Assembly: GCA_963745235.1 (NCBI GenBank)
Contig: CAVUXE010000077.1
Coordinates: 1 to 28,463 of the forward strand
DNA: 28,463 nucleotides
DNA from: an uncultured Spirochaetota bacterium
GTDB lineage: Bacteria > Spirochaetota > Spirochaetia > SZUA-6 > Fen-1364
Direction: 5' to 3'
Shown here: piece after piece, positions 10,833 to 19,906 of the stretch
Layout: every line of letters begins with the position of its first letter
How positions within the stretch are numbered: the first letter of the stretch is position 1
Translations under genes and position numbers: made by a program
Notes under the pieces: generated by a model
The model's input: only the letters and a program-made list of their open reading frames with translations
What the model was told of the DNA's origin: nothing
The model's database searches: none

Positions 10833-11726
10833 ATGAAGCTAAGGGAGCACTGGTTCATTGCTGCCTTTGGCGTGGCCGTTCCTCTGGCGCTTTTTGGCCT
10901 TTTTGTAGGATATCCGATCTGTTACAACGTAGTCCTGAGCTTCATGAAGTGGAACGGGCTCGCGCCGCGCCTTCAACCAGTCGGAATCAGCAACTACGCG
11001 ATGCTTGCCAACGCCTTTGTCTTTTGGATGGCGTTGTTCAACACGATCAAATGGTTGATTGGTACGGTGTTGCTCGCCAATGTTTTTGGCCTTTTGTTCG
11101 CCGCTGTTTTACAGCCGCGGCAAGTATATTTGTCCACCTTGTTCCGTTCACTGACATTCTTACCGGTGACGATGTCTTTGGTTTCGGTCGGAATAATGTT
11201 TGCCTTCATACTGGATCCAAACTTCGGCATCGTTAGCCATGCTATGCGCGCGTTGGGGTTACACTCGGCAGGTCCCGAGTTGCTAGGTGATCCGAGAATC
11301 GCAATATATTCCTTAATTGCCGTGTTCGGCTGGTCGTACGTCGCGGTTCCCATGATGATATATCATGCGGGGATTTCACAAATTTCTCCTGAGCTTTACG
11401 AAGCTGCCTGGCTTGAAGGCGCTGGTAGATCTCAGATTTTTCGCTATGTAACGATTCCTTCCTTGAGATCCGTTCTCGTCGTCGTCACTATCTATTCAGT
11501 AATACAAGGGTTCAGAAACTTTGATTTGATAGCAACTGTTACCAGCGGCGGACCTGGTAATGCAACAAGCGTTCTTGGCTTCTATATGTACATACTGGCC
11601 TTTGAGGAGCGTTTTTTTGGCCCGGGCGCGGCAGTCAGCACGCTTATACTAGTCTTAAGCCTGCTCTTCGTCGTAACTTATTTGAGACGGGTAGGACATA
11701 ATACACTCTATGCATCGGAAACTTAG
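10833..11726 (+). CDS. carbohydrate ABC transporter permease (MalF/UgpA-type)
   Basis: Transmembrane segments; ISPELYEAAWLEGA EAA loop; TSGGPGNATSVL. Alternative GTG start at 10812. Confidence 0.93.
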   Translation: MKLREHWFIAAFGVAVPLALFGLFVGYPICYNVVLSFMKWNGLAPRLQPVGISNYAMLANAFVFWMALFNTIKWLIGTVLLANVFGLLFAAVLQPRQVYLSTLFRSLTFLPVTMSLVSVGIMFAFILDPNFGIVSHAMRALGLHSAGPELLGDPRIAIYSLIAVFGWSYVAVPMMIYHAGISQISPELYEAAWLEGAGRSQIFRYVTIPSLRSVLVVVTIYSVIQGFRNFDLIATVTSGGPGNATSVLGFYMYILAFEERFFGPGAAVSTLILVLSLLFVVTYLRRVGHNTLYASET

Positions 11727-12549
11727 ACCAGAAAAGATTATTTGGACAATCATTGTAGCCGCGCTCGTTCTGATTTGGCTCTACCCTGTTGTTCTGTCAA
11801 TCTTTACCTCGCTAAAGACGACAGAACAGATTGCGCGCAATCCGTTCTCGCTGCCGGATCCAGTGACATTCAGTGCGTACATCGAATCCTGGAAAGTCCT
11901 GGGATTTCAATCGTTGCTTTTGAACAGCGCGATTTACGGGATCGGCGGTTCTCTGCTGGCCTTGGTCCTCGGCATCTTGCCGGCATTTGCTTTTACTCGC
12001 TTTCGAATTCCGGGTGGAACCATTCTCTTCGTCATGATTCTTACTACGTTGATGCTCCCGCAACAAACGGTCATTATTCCGCTCTACAATCTCTTGTTGA
12101 AATTAGGTCTTCTCAACACCAGGATAGGCCTTATTATTGTCCACGGTGTATATGGAATGGCATTTCAATTGTTGATTTTGTCCGGCTTTGTCAGCACCAT
12201 TCCAAAGGAGATCGAAATGGCGGCGCGCGCCGACGGCTGTTCTGACACGGGGATACTGCGATGGATTGTTATTCCGCTGACCGTTCCTGCGGCTGCAGTG
12301 GCAGTCACCTTGAATTTCATGGACATATGGAAAGAGTTTTTTTTCGCTCTCGTGTTCCTTAGCGATCAATCGGTAATGCCCGTAACGCTCGGAATCCTCA
12401 CAATGAGTCCTTTGGGTACGACGTACTTCAAGTCAATCAACTTGCCGGCCGCGACGGTCGTTCTGTCTCAGATTCCAATCATAGTCTTGTTTGTTTTTGC
12501 TTACCGTTGGATCAGCTCCGGCATCTTTGTCGGATCCGTGAAAGGATAG
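11710..12549 (+). CDS. carbohydrate ABC transporter permease (MalG/UgpE-type)
   Basis: IPKEIEMAARADGCS loop; WKEFFFALV; ends GSVKG; overlaps the upstream permease. Confidence 0.93.
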   Translation: MHRKLRPEKIIWTIIVAALVLIWLYPVVLSIFTSLKTTEQIARNPFSLPDPVTFSAYIESWKVLGFQSLLLNSAIYGIGGSLLALVLGILPAFAFTRFRIPGGTILFVMILTTLMLPQQTVIIPLYNLLLKLGLLNTRIGLIIVHGVYGMAFQLLILSGFVSTIPKEIEMAARADGCSDTGILRWIVIPLTVPAAAVAVTLNFMDIWKEFFFALVFLSDQSVMPVTLGILTMSPLGTTYFKSINLPAATVVLSQIPIIVLFVFAYRWISSGIFVGSVKG

Positions 12550-12569
12550 CAATGCAGGAGGTTGCTCAC

Positions 12570-13364
12570 GTGGAGAAGTTGATCATTACTGCAACCACGG
12601 CAAACTCGTGGATTTATCCCGATTTGAAAAACTGGGCTGGAAACGACAAAGATCTTGTCGAAGATGCGGTCAAATGCGCCGAAGCAGGTGCGGCGGTAAT
12701 CCATATACACCTGCCGCGCGGTCGTGAGGTGGATGTGGTGAAGCGGCTCCGTGACAGGACTGAGGCCCTCGTACAGGCGGGAATGTCAAGCGAACCGATT
12801 CCGGATCGCAAGGGCGATTTTACGGCTCGCCCCGACATGATGTCCGTCATTCTCAATCATCATGCCGAGCAATTCACAGAAGTCGAAGTGAACCGGCTCC
12901 ATCCTGTTTCCGAGCTGGAAGAATACTGCAAGCGCTGCCGCGATTCCGGGATAAAGCCCGAATGGGAAGTATGGAACAGCGGATCCTACTGGAATCTTCG
13001 ATACCTCAGGGACAAGGGATTGCTCGATCCGCCCAGCATCCTCACACTGTTTTTCGGCTGGCCGGGAGGGACCTGGTCTCCGTCCACACCGGAGGAGTTT
13101 CTTCATCGCGTCCACACCATGCCGGACGATTGCCGCTATGCCATCAGCGTCATGGGGGAGGAGCAGACCCTTATCGCGATATTGTCAATCGCCAGGGGGG
13201 GGAACGTTCGGGTGGGAACCGAAGATTGGCCTTTCTTGAGACCTGGCGTCAAAGCCAGGAACAACGCAGAGATCATAACACGGATGGTCGGTCTGGCTCG
13301 AGAAATCGGGCGTGAGATCGCCTCACCCCAGGAAGCAAGGAAAATCCTGGGCTTGCCTGGCTGA
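12570..13364 (+). CDS. beta-keto acid cleavage enzyme family (BKACE/DUF849, 3-keto-5-aminohexanoate cleavage enzyme-like)
   Basis: AGGAGG 8 nt before GTG 12570; KLIITAT, AEAGAAVIHIH (Zn His pair), GIKPEWEV, GGNVRVGTED, GREIASPQEARKILGL. Confidence 0.9.
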   Translation: MEKLIITATTANSWIYPDLKNWAGNDKDLVEDAVKCAEAGAAVIHIHLPRGREVDVVKRLRDRTEALVQAGMSSEPIPDRKGDFTARPDMMSVILNHHAEQFTEVEVNRLHPVSELEEYCKRCRDSGIKPEWEVWNSGSYWNLRYLRDKGLLDPPSILTLFFGWPGGTWSPSTPEEFLHRVHTMPDDCRYAISVMGEEQTLIAILSIARGGNVRVGTEDWPFLRPGVKARNNAEIITRMVGLAREIGREIASPQEARKILGLPG

Positions 13365-13373
13365 GGTCGGAGA

Positions 13374-14117
13374 ATGCAGTTCGAGGGAAAGGTCGTCATT
13401 ATTACGGGAGCCGGGAAGGGCATCGGCCGCGCAGCGGCCCTTGCGTTCGCGAATGAGGGTGCCCAGGTGGTGTGCAATTCCATGACAGACTCTGGACGCG
13501 CCGTGGCGGAGTCCATCGGAAATCGGCGCGCTTCTCTGTTCGTTCAGGGCGACGTTTCGGATGAAAAAGTGTCAGCCCGAATTGTCGCAGAGACGATTCG
13601 GAAGTTCGGAAAAATCGACATTCTCTTCAATAATGCCGGGATCGTGATCCCCGGGACACTCGACCAGACAACAGTTCGCGACTGGGACCGGGTCATGTCG
13701 GTCAATGTTCGCAGCGTATTCCTCATGTCCATGCATTCTTTCCCACACCTTGCGAAGTCAAAGGGTGTCATCATCAACAATGCCTCTTCGGTGGCTTTGA
13801 AAGGCGTTGGGGAGAGATTTGCTTATACCGCGTCAAAAGGCGCGATTCTCTCCATGACTCGTTCGATGGCGGTGGACTGTCTCAAGCACGGTATTCGGGT
13901 CAACTGCATCTGCCCGGGAACCACCGATACCCCCTCATTGGCTGAGAGAATCATGTACGGAGAAAACCCTGAACGGCTGAGAGAGGAGCTGAAAATAAGA
14001 CAGCCCATGGGGCGCTTCGGGACGCCGGAAGAAATTGCGGAGGGGGTTCTGTACCTCGCCGGTGCGACTTTCTGTACCGGCATTCATCTTTCCGTTGATG
14101 GAGGAATGACTACCTGA
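13374..14117 (+). CDS. classical SDR, BDH2/2-keto-3-deoxy-L-fuconate dehydrogenase-like
   Basis: TGAGKGIG, LFNNAG, YTASK, GIRVNCICPGTTDTPSL..RI, RQPMGRFGTPEEIA. Confidence 0.9.
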   Translation: MQFEGKVVIITGAGKGIGRAAALAFANEGAQVVCNSMTDSGRAVAESIGNRRASLFVQGDVSDEKVSARIVAETIRKFGKIDILFNNAGIVIPGTLDQTTVRDWDRVMSVNVRSVFLMSMHSFPHLAKSKGVIINNASSVALKGVGERFAYTASKGAILSMTRSMAVDCLKHGIRVNCICPGTTDTPSLAERIMYGENPERLREELKIRQPMGRFGTPEEIAEGVLYLAGATFCTGIHLSVDGGMTT

Positions 14118-14174
14118 CAATAGTCTGACGGCTATGATCAGCGTTCAAAACCAACAGAGAGGATCATTCGCTCA

Positions 14175-14915
14175 ATGAGCACCGAGAGCCGAAAGGTCGA
14201 ATATGGAATTCTCCAGAGAGAGGTTCTCTCGGAAAAGATCGTGCAGCGACTTCTCTCGATGATCCGGGAAAAGCGTCTGCGTCCCGGGGACAAGCTTCCC
14301 CCGGAGCGGGAGTTGGCCGTGCTCATGAACGTGAGCCGCCCTTCGCTGAGAGAGGCTCTTCGCGCCCTGTCACTCATGGGGATCATCGAACACCGTCAGG
14401 GCTCGGGCACACGAGTCGCTTCACTCAAGCCTTCCCGGCTTGTTGAGCACATCGACCTCATCTTCTCTCTCGAGGACTCGACGCTCCTCGATCTTTTTCA
14501 GGCAAGGAAGATCCTGGAAGTCGGGCTTGCCGGACTCTCCGCGGAGAAGATCACCGACGAGGAGCTCGACCAGATCGACAAGGCGCTGCAGGAGGGGGAG
14601 CAGAATATCAATGACCCTGCAGCGTTCTCGAGTTGTGACATCAAGTTCCATGGACTTATCGCCAGATCCTCGGGGAATCGGATCCTTATGACATTCATGG
14701 AATCAGTTGCGCAGCTGAACCTTTACAGCCGTCGACGCACAGGTGAGCACGCGGATGTTCGGGAGCACACCAGAACCGCCCACCGGGACATCCTGGACGC
14801 CCTGCGGAAACACAGCCCCGAGGAGGCGCGGGCTGCAATGATGCGGCACTTGAGTTTCGTCGAAGAACGGCTGAAAACAATTGCGATACAGGAAGAGGCC
14901 AGGACGTTGTCCTGA
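14175..14915 (+). CDS. FadR-subfamily GntR regulator (wHTH + FCD)
   Basis: LRPGDKLPPERELAVLMNVSRPSLREAL..RQGSGT; FCD ARKILE, DIKFHGLIARSSGN, HRDILDAL, MMRHL. Confidence 0.95.
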   Translation: MSTESRKVEYGILQREVLSEKIVQRLLSMIREKRLRPGDKLPPERELAVLMNVSRPSLREALRALSLMGIIEHRQGSGTRVASLKPSRLVEHIDLIFSLEDSTLLDLFQARKILEVGLAGLSAEKITDEELDQIDKALQEGEQNINDPAAFSSCDIKFHGLIARSSGNRILMTFMESVAQLNLYSRRRTGEHADVREHTRTAHRDILDALRKHSPEEARAAMMRHLSFVEERLKTIAIQEEARTLS

Positions 14916-14953
14916 GTTTTGGGTCTATCTCATGTCCCTCAAGGAGGAGACAG

Positions 14954-16255
14954 ATGAAGAGGTATAGCTTATTTTTGCTGGTTGGTATTTTGCTCGTTGC
15001 GAGCGCAACCTACACGGCTGCTTCTGGCAACAAGGAAGCGACTACGGCAGGACCCTCCGGAGTAGTGAACCTGACCTACTTCGAGCGTAATAATGACCCG
15101 ATCAACTGGGCCGAGTTCAACTGGGAGGTCAATACCTTCAATCAGCAGAACGCCGGGAAGATCCACGTCACCTTGAGCGGAATTGATGGAGTGACTTTCC
15201 GAACCAAGGCGCCTATCGAGCTGCAGAGCGGCAATCCGCCGGACATCTTCTTCGCCTGGGAGGGCGGTTGGGCTCAGAAGATGGTCTCCTCGGGCTTTGC
15301 TGCCCCTCTGGACGACTATTATGCCAAGTACGGATGGGCCAGTTTCGTGAACCCCGCTGGTGTCACTCTTGCAACAATCGACGGCCACAAGTACTTCCTC
15401 CCCACGCAGATGTCCGGGTCATTCGTATGGTATCGACCGGATATCTTTGCGCAATACAACATACAGGTGCCCACCACCTGGGACGAGTTCCTCCAGGTCT
15501 GCGATACGCTCAAGACCAACGGGGTCATTCCGCTGATGATTGCAGACCAGGCAAAATGGCCAGCGCAGTTCGAGTGGACGGCCATCTATGTCAACAAGTA
15601 CGGCCTCTCCAAGTACGACGAGTTGCTCCACAACAAGATCCCCTGGACCGATCCGAGCGTCGTGGATGCATTCAATGTGCTCCGGGACCTGGTTACCAAG
15701 GGGTACGTGTGGCCGGGTTACAACTCCACTGATATCGATCCCGGAAACATTCCCTTCTCTCAGGGCAAGGTGGCCATGTGGTACCAGGGGACCTGGATGA
15801 TCAGTACCTTTCTGGGCAACAACAAGACCTTGCCGTTCTCAGTCGGCTTTTTTCCATTCCCTGCATTTCCAGGGGTCAAACCAACCATCGAGGTCTTTGC
15901 CGAAAACACGCTGATGATAGACTCCAAGTCCAAATACAAGGACCAGGCCGCGGAGTTCCTCAACTGGATAATCTCTGACCAGGCGCAGCAGCACAAGATC
16001 AACTCTCAGCTGCCCTATGCGGCCAATACTCGCGTCAGCCTTGCCTCGCTGATTCCCCTGGCGCAGCAGGCCGGTGGCACAATGGCCAAGGCAGGCCAGT
16101 TCACGTTCATGCACGTCGATCACGCCTTTGATCCTGCCATTGCCGATACGTTCCTCACCCAGCTTCAAGGCGTTTTAAGCGGCGCGATCTCCGGGCAGAC
16201 GGCAGCCGAGGCGACGGAAACCACGGCCACTCAGGTCCGCGGTGCGGTAAAGTAG
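14954..16255 (+). CDS. CUT1 ABC transporter solute-binding protein (copy 2)
   Basis: AAGGAGGAG RBS; signal peptide ending ASGNKEA; PPDIFFAWEGG, PTTWDEFL, AMWYQGTW; shares PTIE.FAE and MHVDHA with copy 1. Confidence 0.95.
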   Translation: MKRYSLFLLVGILLVASATYTAASGNKEATTAGPSGVVNLTYFERNNDPINWAEFNWEVNTFNQQNAGKIHVTLSGIDGVTFRTKAPIELQSGNPPDIFFAWEGGWAQKMVSSGFAAPLDDYYAKYGWASFVNPAGVTLATIDGHKYFLPTQMSGSFVWYRPDIFAQYNIQVPTTWDEFLQVCDTLKTNGVIPLMIADQAKWPAQFEWTAIYVNKYGLSKYDELLHNKIPWTDPSVVDAFNVLRDLVTKGYVWPGYNSTDIDPGNIPFSQGKVAMWYQGTWMISTFLGNNKTLPFSVGFFPFPAFPGVKPTIEVFAENTLMIDSKSKYKDQAAEFLNWIISDQAQQHKINSQLPYAANTRVSLASLIPLAQQAGGTMAKAGQFTFMHVDHAFDPAIADTFLTQLQGVLSGAISGQTAAEATETTATQVRGAVK

Positions 16256-16274
16256 CTTCCGTGTGCAAGACGAT

Positions 16275-16315
16275 GGCATAAATCGATGCCAAACCCGGGG
16301 TGGACGATGGGTTTG
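16275..16315 (+). terminator. intercistronic hairpins after SBP 2
   Basis: GGCAT-AAATCG-ATGCC (16275-16290) and CAAACCC-N12-GGGTTTG (16290-16315). Confidence 0.35.
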
Positions 16316-16380
16316 CCTGATTTCAGTAGACAACTTGCCGCCCACCCTCTTTCTGAGGCGAATGGACGGATGTCATTACC

Positions 16381-17292
16381 TTGAACATACGTAATTGGTG
16401 GAGGATTTTTTCCCGTCACAAGTTTGTCTACCTTGCAGGCGTTGTCCTGCCGGTGATCCTCTATGCGATATTCGTCGGCTACCCAATCGTGAATACTATT
16501 TTTCTGAGTCTTTTCCGGTGGAATCAGATTGGTATTCAAAAGGTCTGGATTGGGATTCAGAACTATCGGCAGCTTTTCAGGGATGCAAACTTCTATCTCT
16601 CATTGATAAATACGGCCAAATGGACAGCCTTGACCTTGTTGATCCCGGTGTTGATCGGCTTCTTGCTGGCAGTTTTCCTCACCAGCGGCAGGGCTTATCT
16701 CAGCGGGGTGATTCGGTCCTTGTTTTTTCTTCCGATTACCATGTCGCTGATCACCATTGGCATCATGTTTTCCCTGATTCTCAACCCTGTTTTTGGAGCA
16801 TTCAATACGACCCTCCATGCGATCGGCCTTGGTTTCCTTGCGCATGATTGGCTCGGAGACCCGAACACCGCCTTATATACCCTCATTTTCACGTTTGCGT
16901 GGAGCTACCTGGGATTGCCGCTTACCATGTTCTTTGCAGGCATAAAGCAGATCCCGGAGGAGCTTTTTGATGCTACAAAGATTGAAGGCGCCAATATTCT
17001 CCAGAACCTGCGCTTCGTCACCGTCCCCCTGCTGCGGCCCGTCTTTACTATTGTGGTGGTCCTCGCGGTGATCAACTCCGTGCGCTCGTTTGACCTCGTG
17101 TTTGCCATGACGCGCGGAGGCCCATTCGGGCAAACCACCGTCCTGGGGTACTACATGTACACGCAGGCCTTCCTTGCGTATCGCTATGGATACGGCGCCT
17201 CGGTGAGCGTCGTATTGCTGGTCATCAGCTCGATATTCGCTTTTGTCTATCTGAGGACAATCGCCAGAGAGTCGCTGCATGCTGAGTCCTAA
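16381..17292 (+). CDS. carbohydrate ABC transporter permease (MalF/UgpA-type), copy 2
   Basis: IPEELFDATKIEGA loop; MTRGGPFGQTTVL; TTG start uncertain. Confidence 0.93.
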   Translation: MNIRNWWRIFSRHKFVYLAGVVLPVILYAIFVGYPIVNTIFLSLFRWNQIGIQKVWIGIQNYRQLFRDANFYLSLINTAKWTALTLLIPVLIGFLLAVFLTSGRAYLSGVIRSLFFLPITMSLITIGIMFSLILNPVFGAFNTTLHAIGLGFLAHDWLGDPNTALYTLIFTFAWSYLGLPLTMFFAGIKQIPEELFDATKIEGANILQNLRFVTVPLLRPVFTIVVVLAVINSVRSFDLVFAMTRGGPFGQTTVLGYYMYTQAFLAYRYGYGASVSVVLLVISSIFAFVYLRTIARESLHAES

Positions 17293-18157
17293 TGTCATTC
17301 GCAATCCGGATATTCCCCGCACGAGAACCAGGAAGATTCAAATCAGCAAGGTGCTCTATTTCATTATTGCCATCGTGATCCTGGCTATATGGTTGTACCC
17401 GGCATTTTTGGACGTGATCACGGCTATCAAGAACGATAATGAAGTTCTCGCTTCCCCTCTTGCCCTCCCTGCCCATCCCACACTCGAAGGGTTCATCAAG
17501 ACCTGGAATTACATCACTTTTGGGACGCTGATTAAGAACAGCTTCATCATCACGATCGGGGCAGTGCTATTGGGGATCGTCATCTCGTCGATCCCGGCCT
17601 ACGCCTTCAGCAGGTTCCGCATTCCGGGGGGAGATCTCATCTTCATTATCCTGCTTACCACGCTGATGCTGCCCCAGCAGACGGTTATTATCCCGTTGTA
17701 CGCCGTGCTGGGGCGTCTGGGACTCCTCGACACTTTGCTGGGGCTGATCGTCGTCCATGCAGTCTATGGGATGCCGTTCAACATGTTCGTCATGCGCGGC
17801 TTCATGGCTGGTATTCCCCAGGAGCTGGAGGCGGCAGCCAGAATGGACGGCTGCTCGGATTTTGGTTTGTACCGCCGCATCATCCTGCCATTGTCCGTGC
17901 CGGCAATTGCAGTAGCGGCTACCCTGAATTTTATCAATATCTGGAATGAGTTTTTCTTTGCAATCGTCTTGCTGCAATCCAACGCAAAGTTTCCAGTGAC
18001 GGTTGGAATGATTACGATTACGCAATCGCAGTACTTTTCCTCATGGAACACGCCTGCGGCAGCAGTCATTATGGCCCAAATACCGACCATCATTCTCTAT
18101 ATTTTTGCCCACCGCTACATTACCCGGGGTCTTCTAGCGGGTGGGGTGAAAGGTTAA
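17279..18157 (+). CDS. carbohydrate ABC transporter permease (MalG/UgpE-type), copy 2
   Basis: IPQELEAAARMDGCS; WNEFFFA; ends GGVKG; ILLTTLMLPQQTVIIPLY is nearly identical to copy 1. Confidence 0.94.
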   Translation: MLSPNVIRNPDIPRTRTRKIQISKVLYFIIAIVILAIWLYPAFLDVITAIKNDNEVLASPLALPAHPTLEGFIKTWNYITFGTLIKNSFIITIGAVLLGIVISSIPAYAFSRFRIPGGDLIFIILLTTLMLPQQTVIIPLYAVLGRLGLLDTLLGLIVVHAVYGMPFNMFVMRGFMAGIPQELEAAARMDGCSDFGLYRRIILPLSVPAIAVAATLNFINIWNEFFFAIVLLQSNAKFPVTVGMITITQSQYFSSWNTPAAAVIMAQIPTIILYIFAHRYITRGLLAGGVKG

Positions 18158-18186
18158 AGACCCGGGCGGCAACGGAGGTAATCTGC

Positions 18187-19029
18187 ATGATGCCAGAAGA
18201 AATGGATGAGTTTTCCGGATATCGCTACGAGCTGATGCGACCGCAGCAGATCATAGCAGCACGTGAGAAGTCTTCAATGGCCTTCATTCCCCTTGGGCCA
18301 ATGGAATGGCATGCGCCGCATATGCCGTACGGGACCGATATGCTGCATGCGTACGCGATCTCCCTCCATCTCGCGAAGGAGTTCGGGGGAGTGGTACTGC
18401 CGCCACTGCCTCTGGGCTCTGAGACGATCCTCTCGCCGGACCGTCTGCGCGACCGTGGGTTCAAAGGAGATGAGAAGATCATCGGGATGGACTTCCCCGA
18501 TCTGGCGCTTCCCAGCCTCTATATCGAGGAAAGCGCCTTTGCGAGCATTGTTCTTGAGCTCGTCAGGGCACTCAAGCGGCAGGGCTTTCGCGTGGTGGTC
18601 ATCGTGAATGGCCATGGCGGCAAGTATCACCTCATCGCTCTTGACAGGATCGCGGCTGAGGAGAGCGAACGCGGGCAGGCGGCTGTGATCCATGGTTTCC
18701 CTGTCGACCCCGAACGCAGACGCCTGGGCGGGCACGCGGAGAAGTTCGAGAGCAGCTTCATGAAAGCCTATTATCCTGAGACAGTCGATCTGGCAGCGCT
18801 GCCTCCACTGGGAAAGCCGATCAAGAACATGGAGTTCGGTATCCTGGACGGGCCTACCTGCATTGGCGAGCCGACCCCGGATTATACGGTGCGTGAAAAC
18901 CAGGATCCACGTCACGCCAACGAAAAGGACGGCCAGGAAGAGCTGAAAAACGCGGTGCATCTGATCGGAACTCGGATCCGGGAAGCCATGCGCGACCTGA
19001 AATTGCAGCAGACAGCGGCAAAGAAATAA
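18187..19029 (+). CDS. creatininase-family amidohydrolase (copy 1)
   Basis: GGAGG 8 nt before ATG; PLGPMEWHAPHMPYGTD, VNGHGGK, GGHAEKFESS. Confidence 0.9.
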   Translation: MMPEEMDEFSGYRYELMRPQQIIAAREKSSMAFIPLGPMEWHAPHMPYGTDMLHAYAISLHLAKEFGGVVLPPLPLGSETILSPDRLRDRGFKGDEKIIGMDFPDLALPSLYIEESAFASIVLELVRALKRQGFRVVVIVNGHGGKYHLIALDRIAAEESERGQAAVIHGFPVDPERRRLGGHAEKFESSFMKAYYPETVDLAALPPLGKPIKNMEFGILDGPTCIGEPTPDYTVRENQDPRHANEKDGQEELKNAVHLIGTRIREAMRDLKLQQTAAKK

Positions 19030-19039
19030 GGAGAGCAAG

Positions 19040-19891
19040 ATGAACAAGCCTGGTCAGGACGAATCGGATTCCAGATACCGGTATGACCTGATGCGTCCGC
19101 AGCAAATTATTGCGAGACGGGATCAATCGCCCATTGCCTACGTTCCTCTCGGTCCGCTCGAGTGGCATGGACCTGCGCTGCCCTACGGAATGGATTTCCT
19201 CCATGCCTACCGGATGTCCCTGGCGCTGGCCAGGGAGTTCGGCGGCGTTGTCCTGCCGCCGCTTCCCCTGGGCTCCGAAACTGTCCTGGAGTCAGACCGG
19301 GTGAAAGACAGAGGCTTCAAGGGCGACGAGAAAATCTGGGGAATGGACTTCCCGACTCTGCCGCTGCCGAGCCTGTATGTTCGCGATCATGCCATGGGCA
19401 CGCTGCTCCACGACCTGGTCGGGGCCTTGAAGAGACAGTTGTTTCGACTGATTGTCATGGTGAACGGCCACGGCGCCAAGTACCACGTGGTAACACTCGA
19501 AAGGATTGCAGCCGAGGAAACTGAACCAGGGAAGGTGGCTGTGATCCATGGTTTTGCGTTCGACGTCGGGCCCGGAAAGGGAGGGCACGCGGAGAGGTAC
19601 GAAACGGGGTTCCTGATGGCATATTATCCGGATACCGTTGACCTGAGCACACTGCCATCTCTGCCCACCCCTCTCAAGAACGTCGAGACCGGAATACTTG
19701 ATGGGCCAACATGTGTCGGCAAGCCTACCGCGGATTTCACGGTGCGGCCCGAGCAGGATCCACGCCATGCATCGGCAGAAGAAGGCTTTCAAGACGTCGT
19801 CAATGGCGTCCGACGGATCGGGGCGCAGATGAAGAAGGCCATGGAGAGCTTTACCTACCAGCCCGGGTTGAATACATACTATTCCCAGTAG
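19040..19891 (+). CDS. creatininase-family amidohydrolase (copy 2)
   Basis: AAGGAG RBS; PLGPLEWHGPALPYGMD, VNGHGAK, GGHAERYETG. Confidence 0.9.
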   Translation: MNKPGQDESDSRYRYDLMRPQQIIARRDQSPIAYVPLGPLEWHGPALPYGMDFLHAYRMSLALAREFGGVVLPPLPLGSETVLESDRVKDRGFKGDEKIWGMDFPTLPLPSLYVRDHAMGTLLHDLVGALKRQLFRLIVMVNGHGAKYHVVTLERIAAEETEPGKVAVIHGFAFDVGPGKGGHAERYETGFLMAYYPDTVDLSTLPSLPTPLKNVETGILDGPTCVGKPTADFTVRPEQDPRHASAEEGFQDVVNGVRRIGAQMKKAMESFTYQPGLNTYYSQ

Positions 19892-19906
19892 ATGAGGAAG
19901 AAGCCC

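Noticed and set aside
18187-19891. Mycofactocin MftE or a creatinine-degradation operon
   Set aside because: No precursor peptide or radical SAM gene, no sarcosine oxidase, and the M24 protein keeps metal ligands unlike true creatinase.
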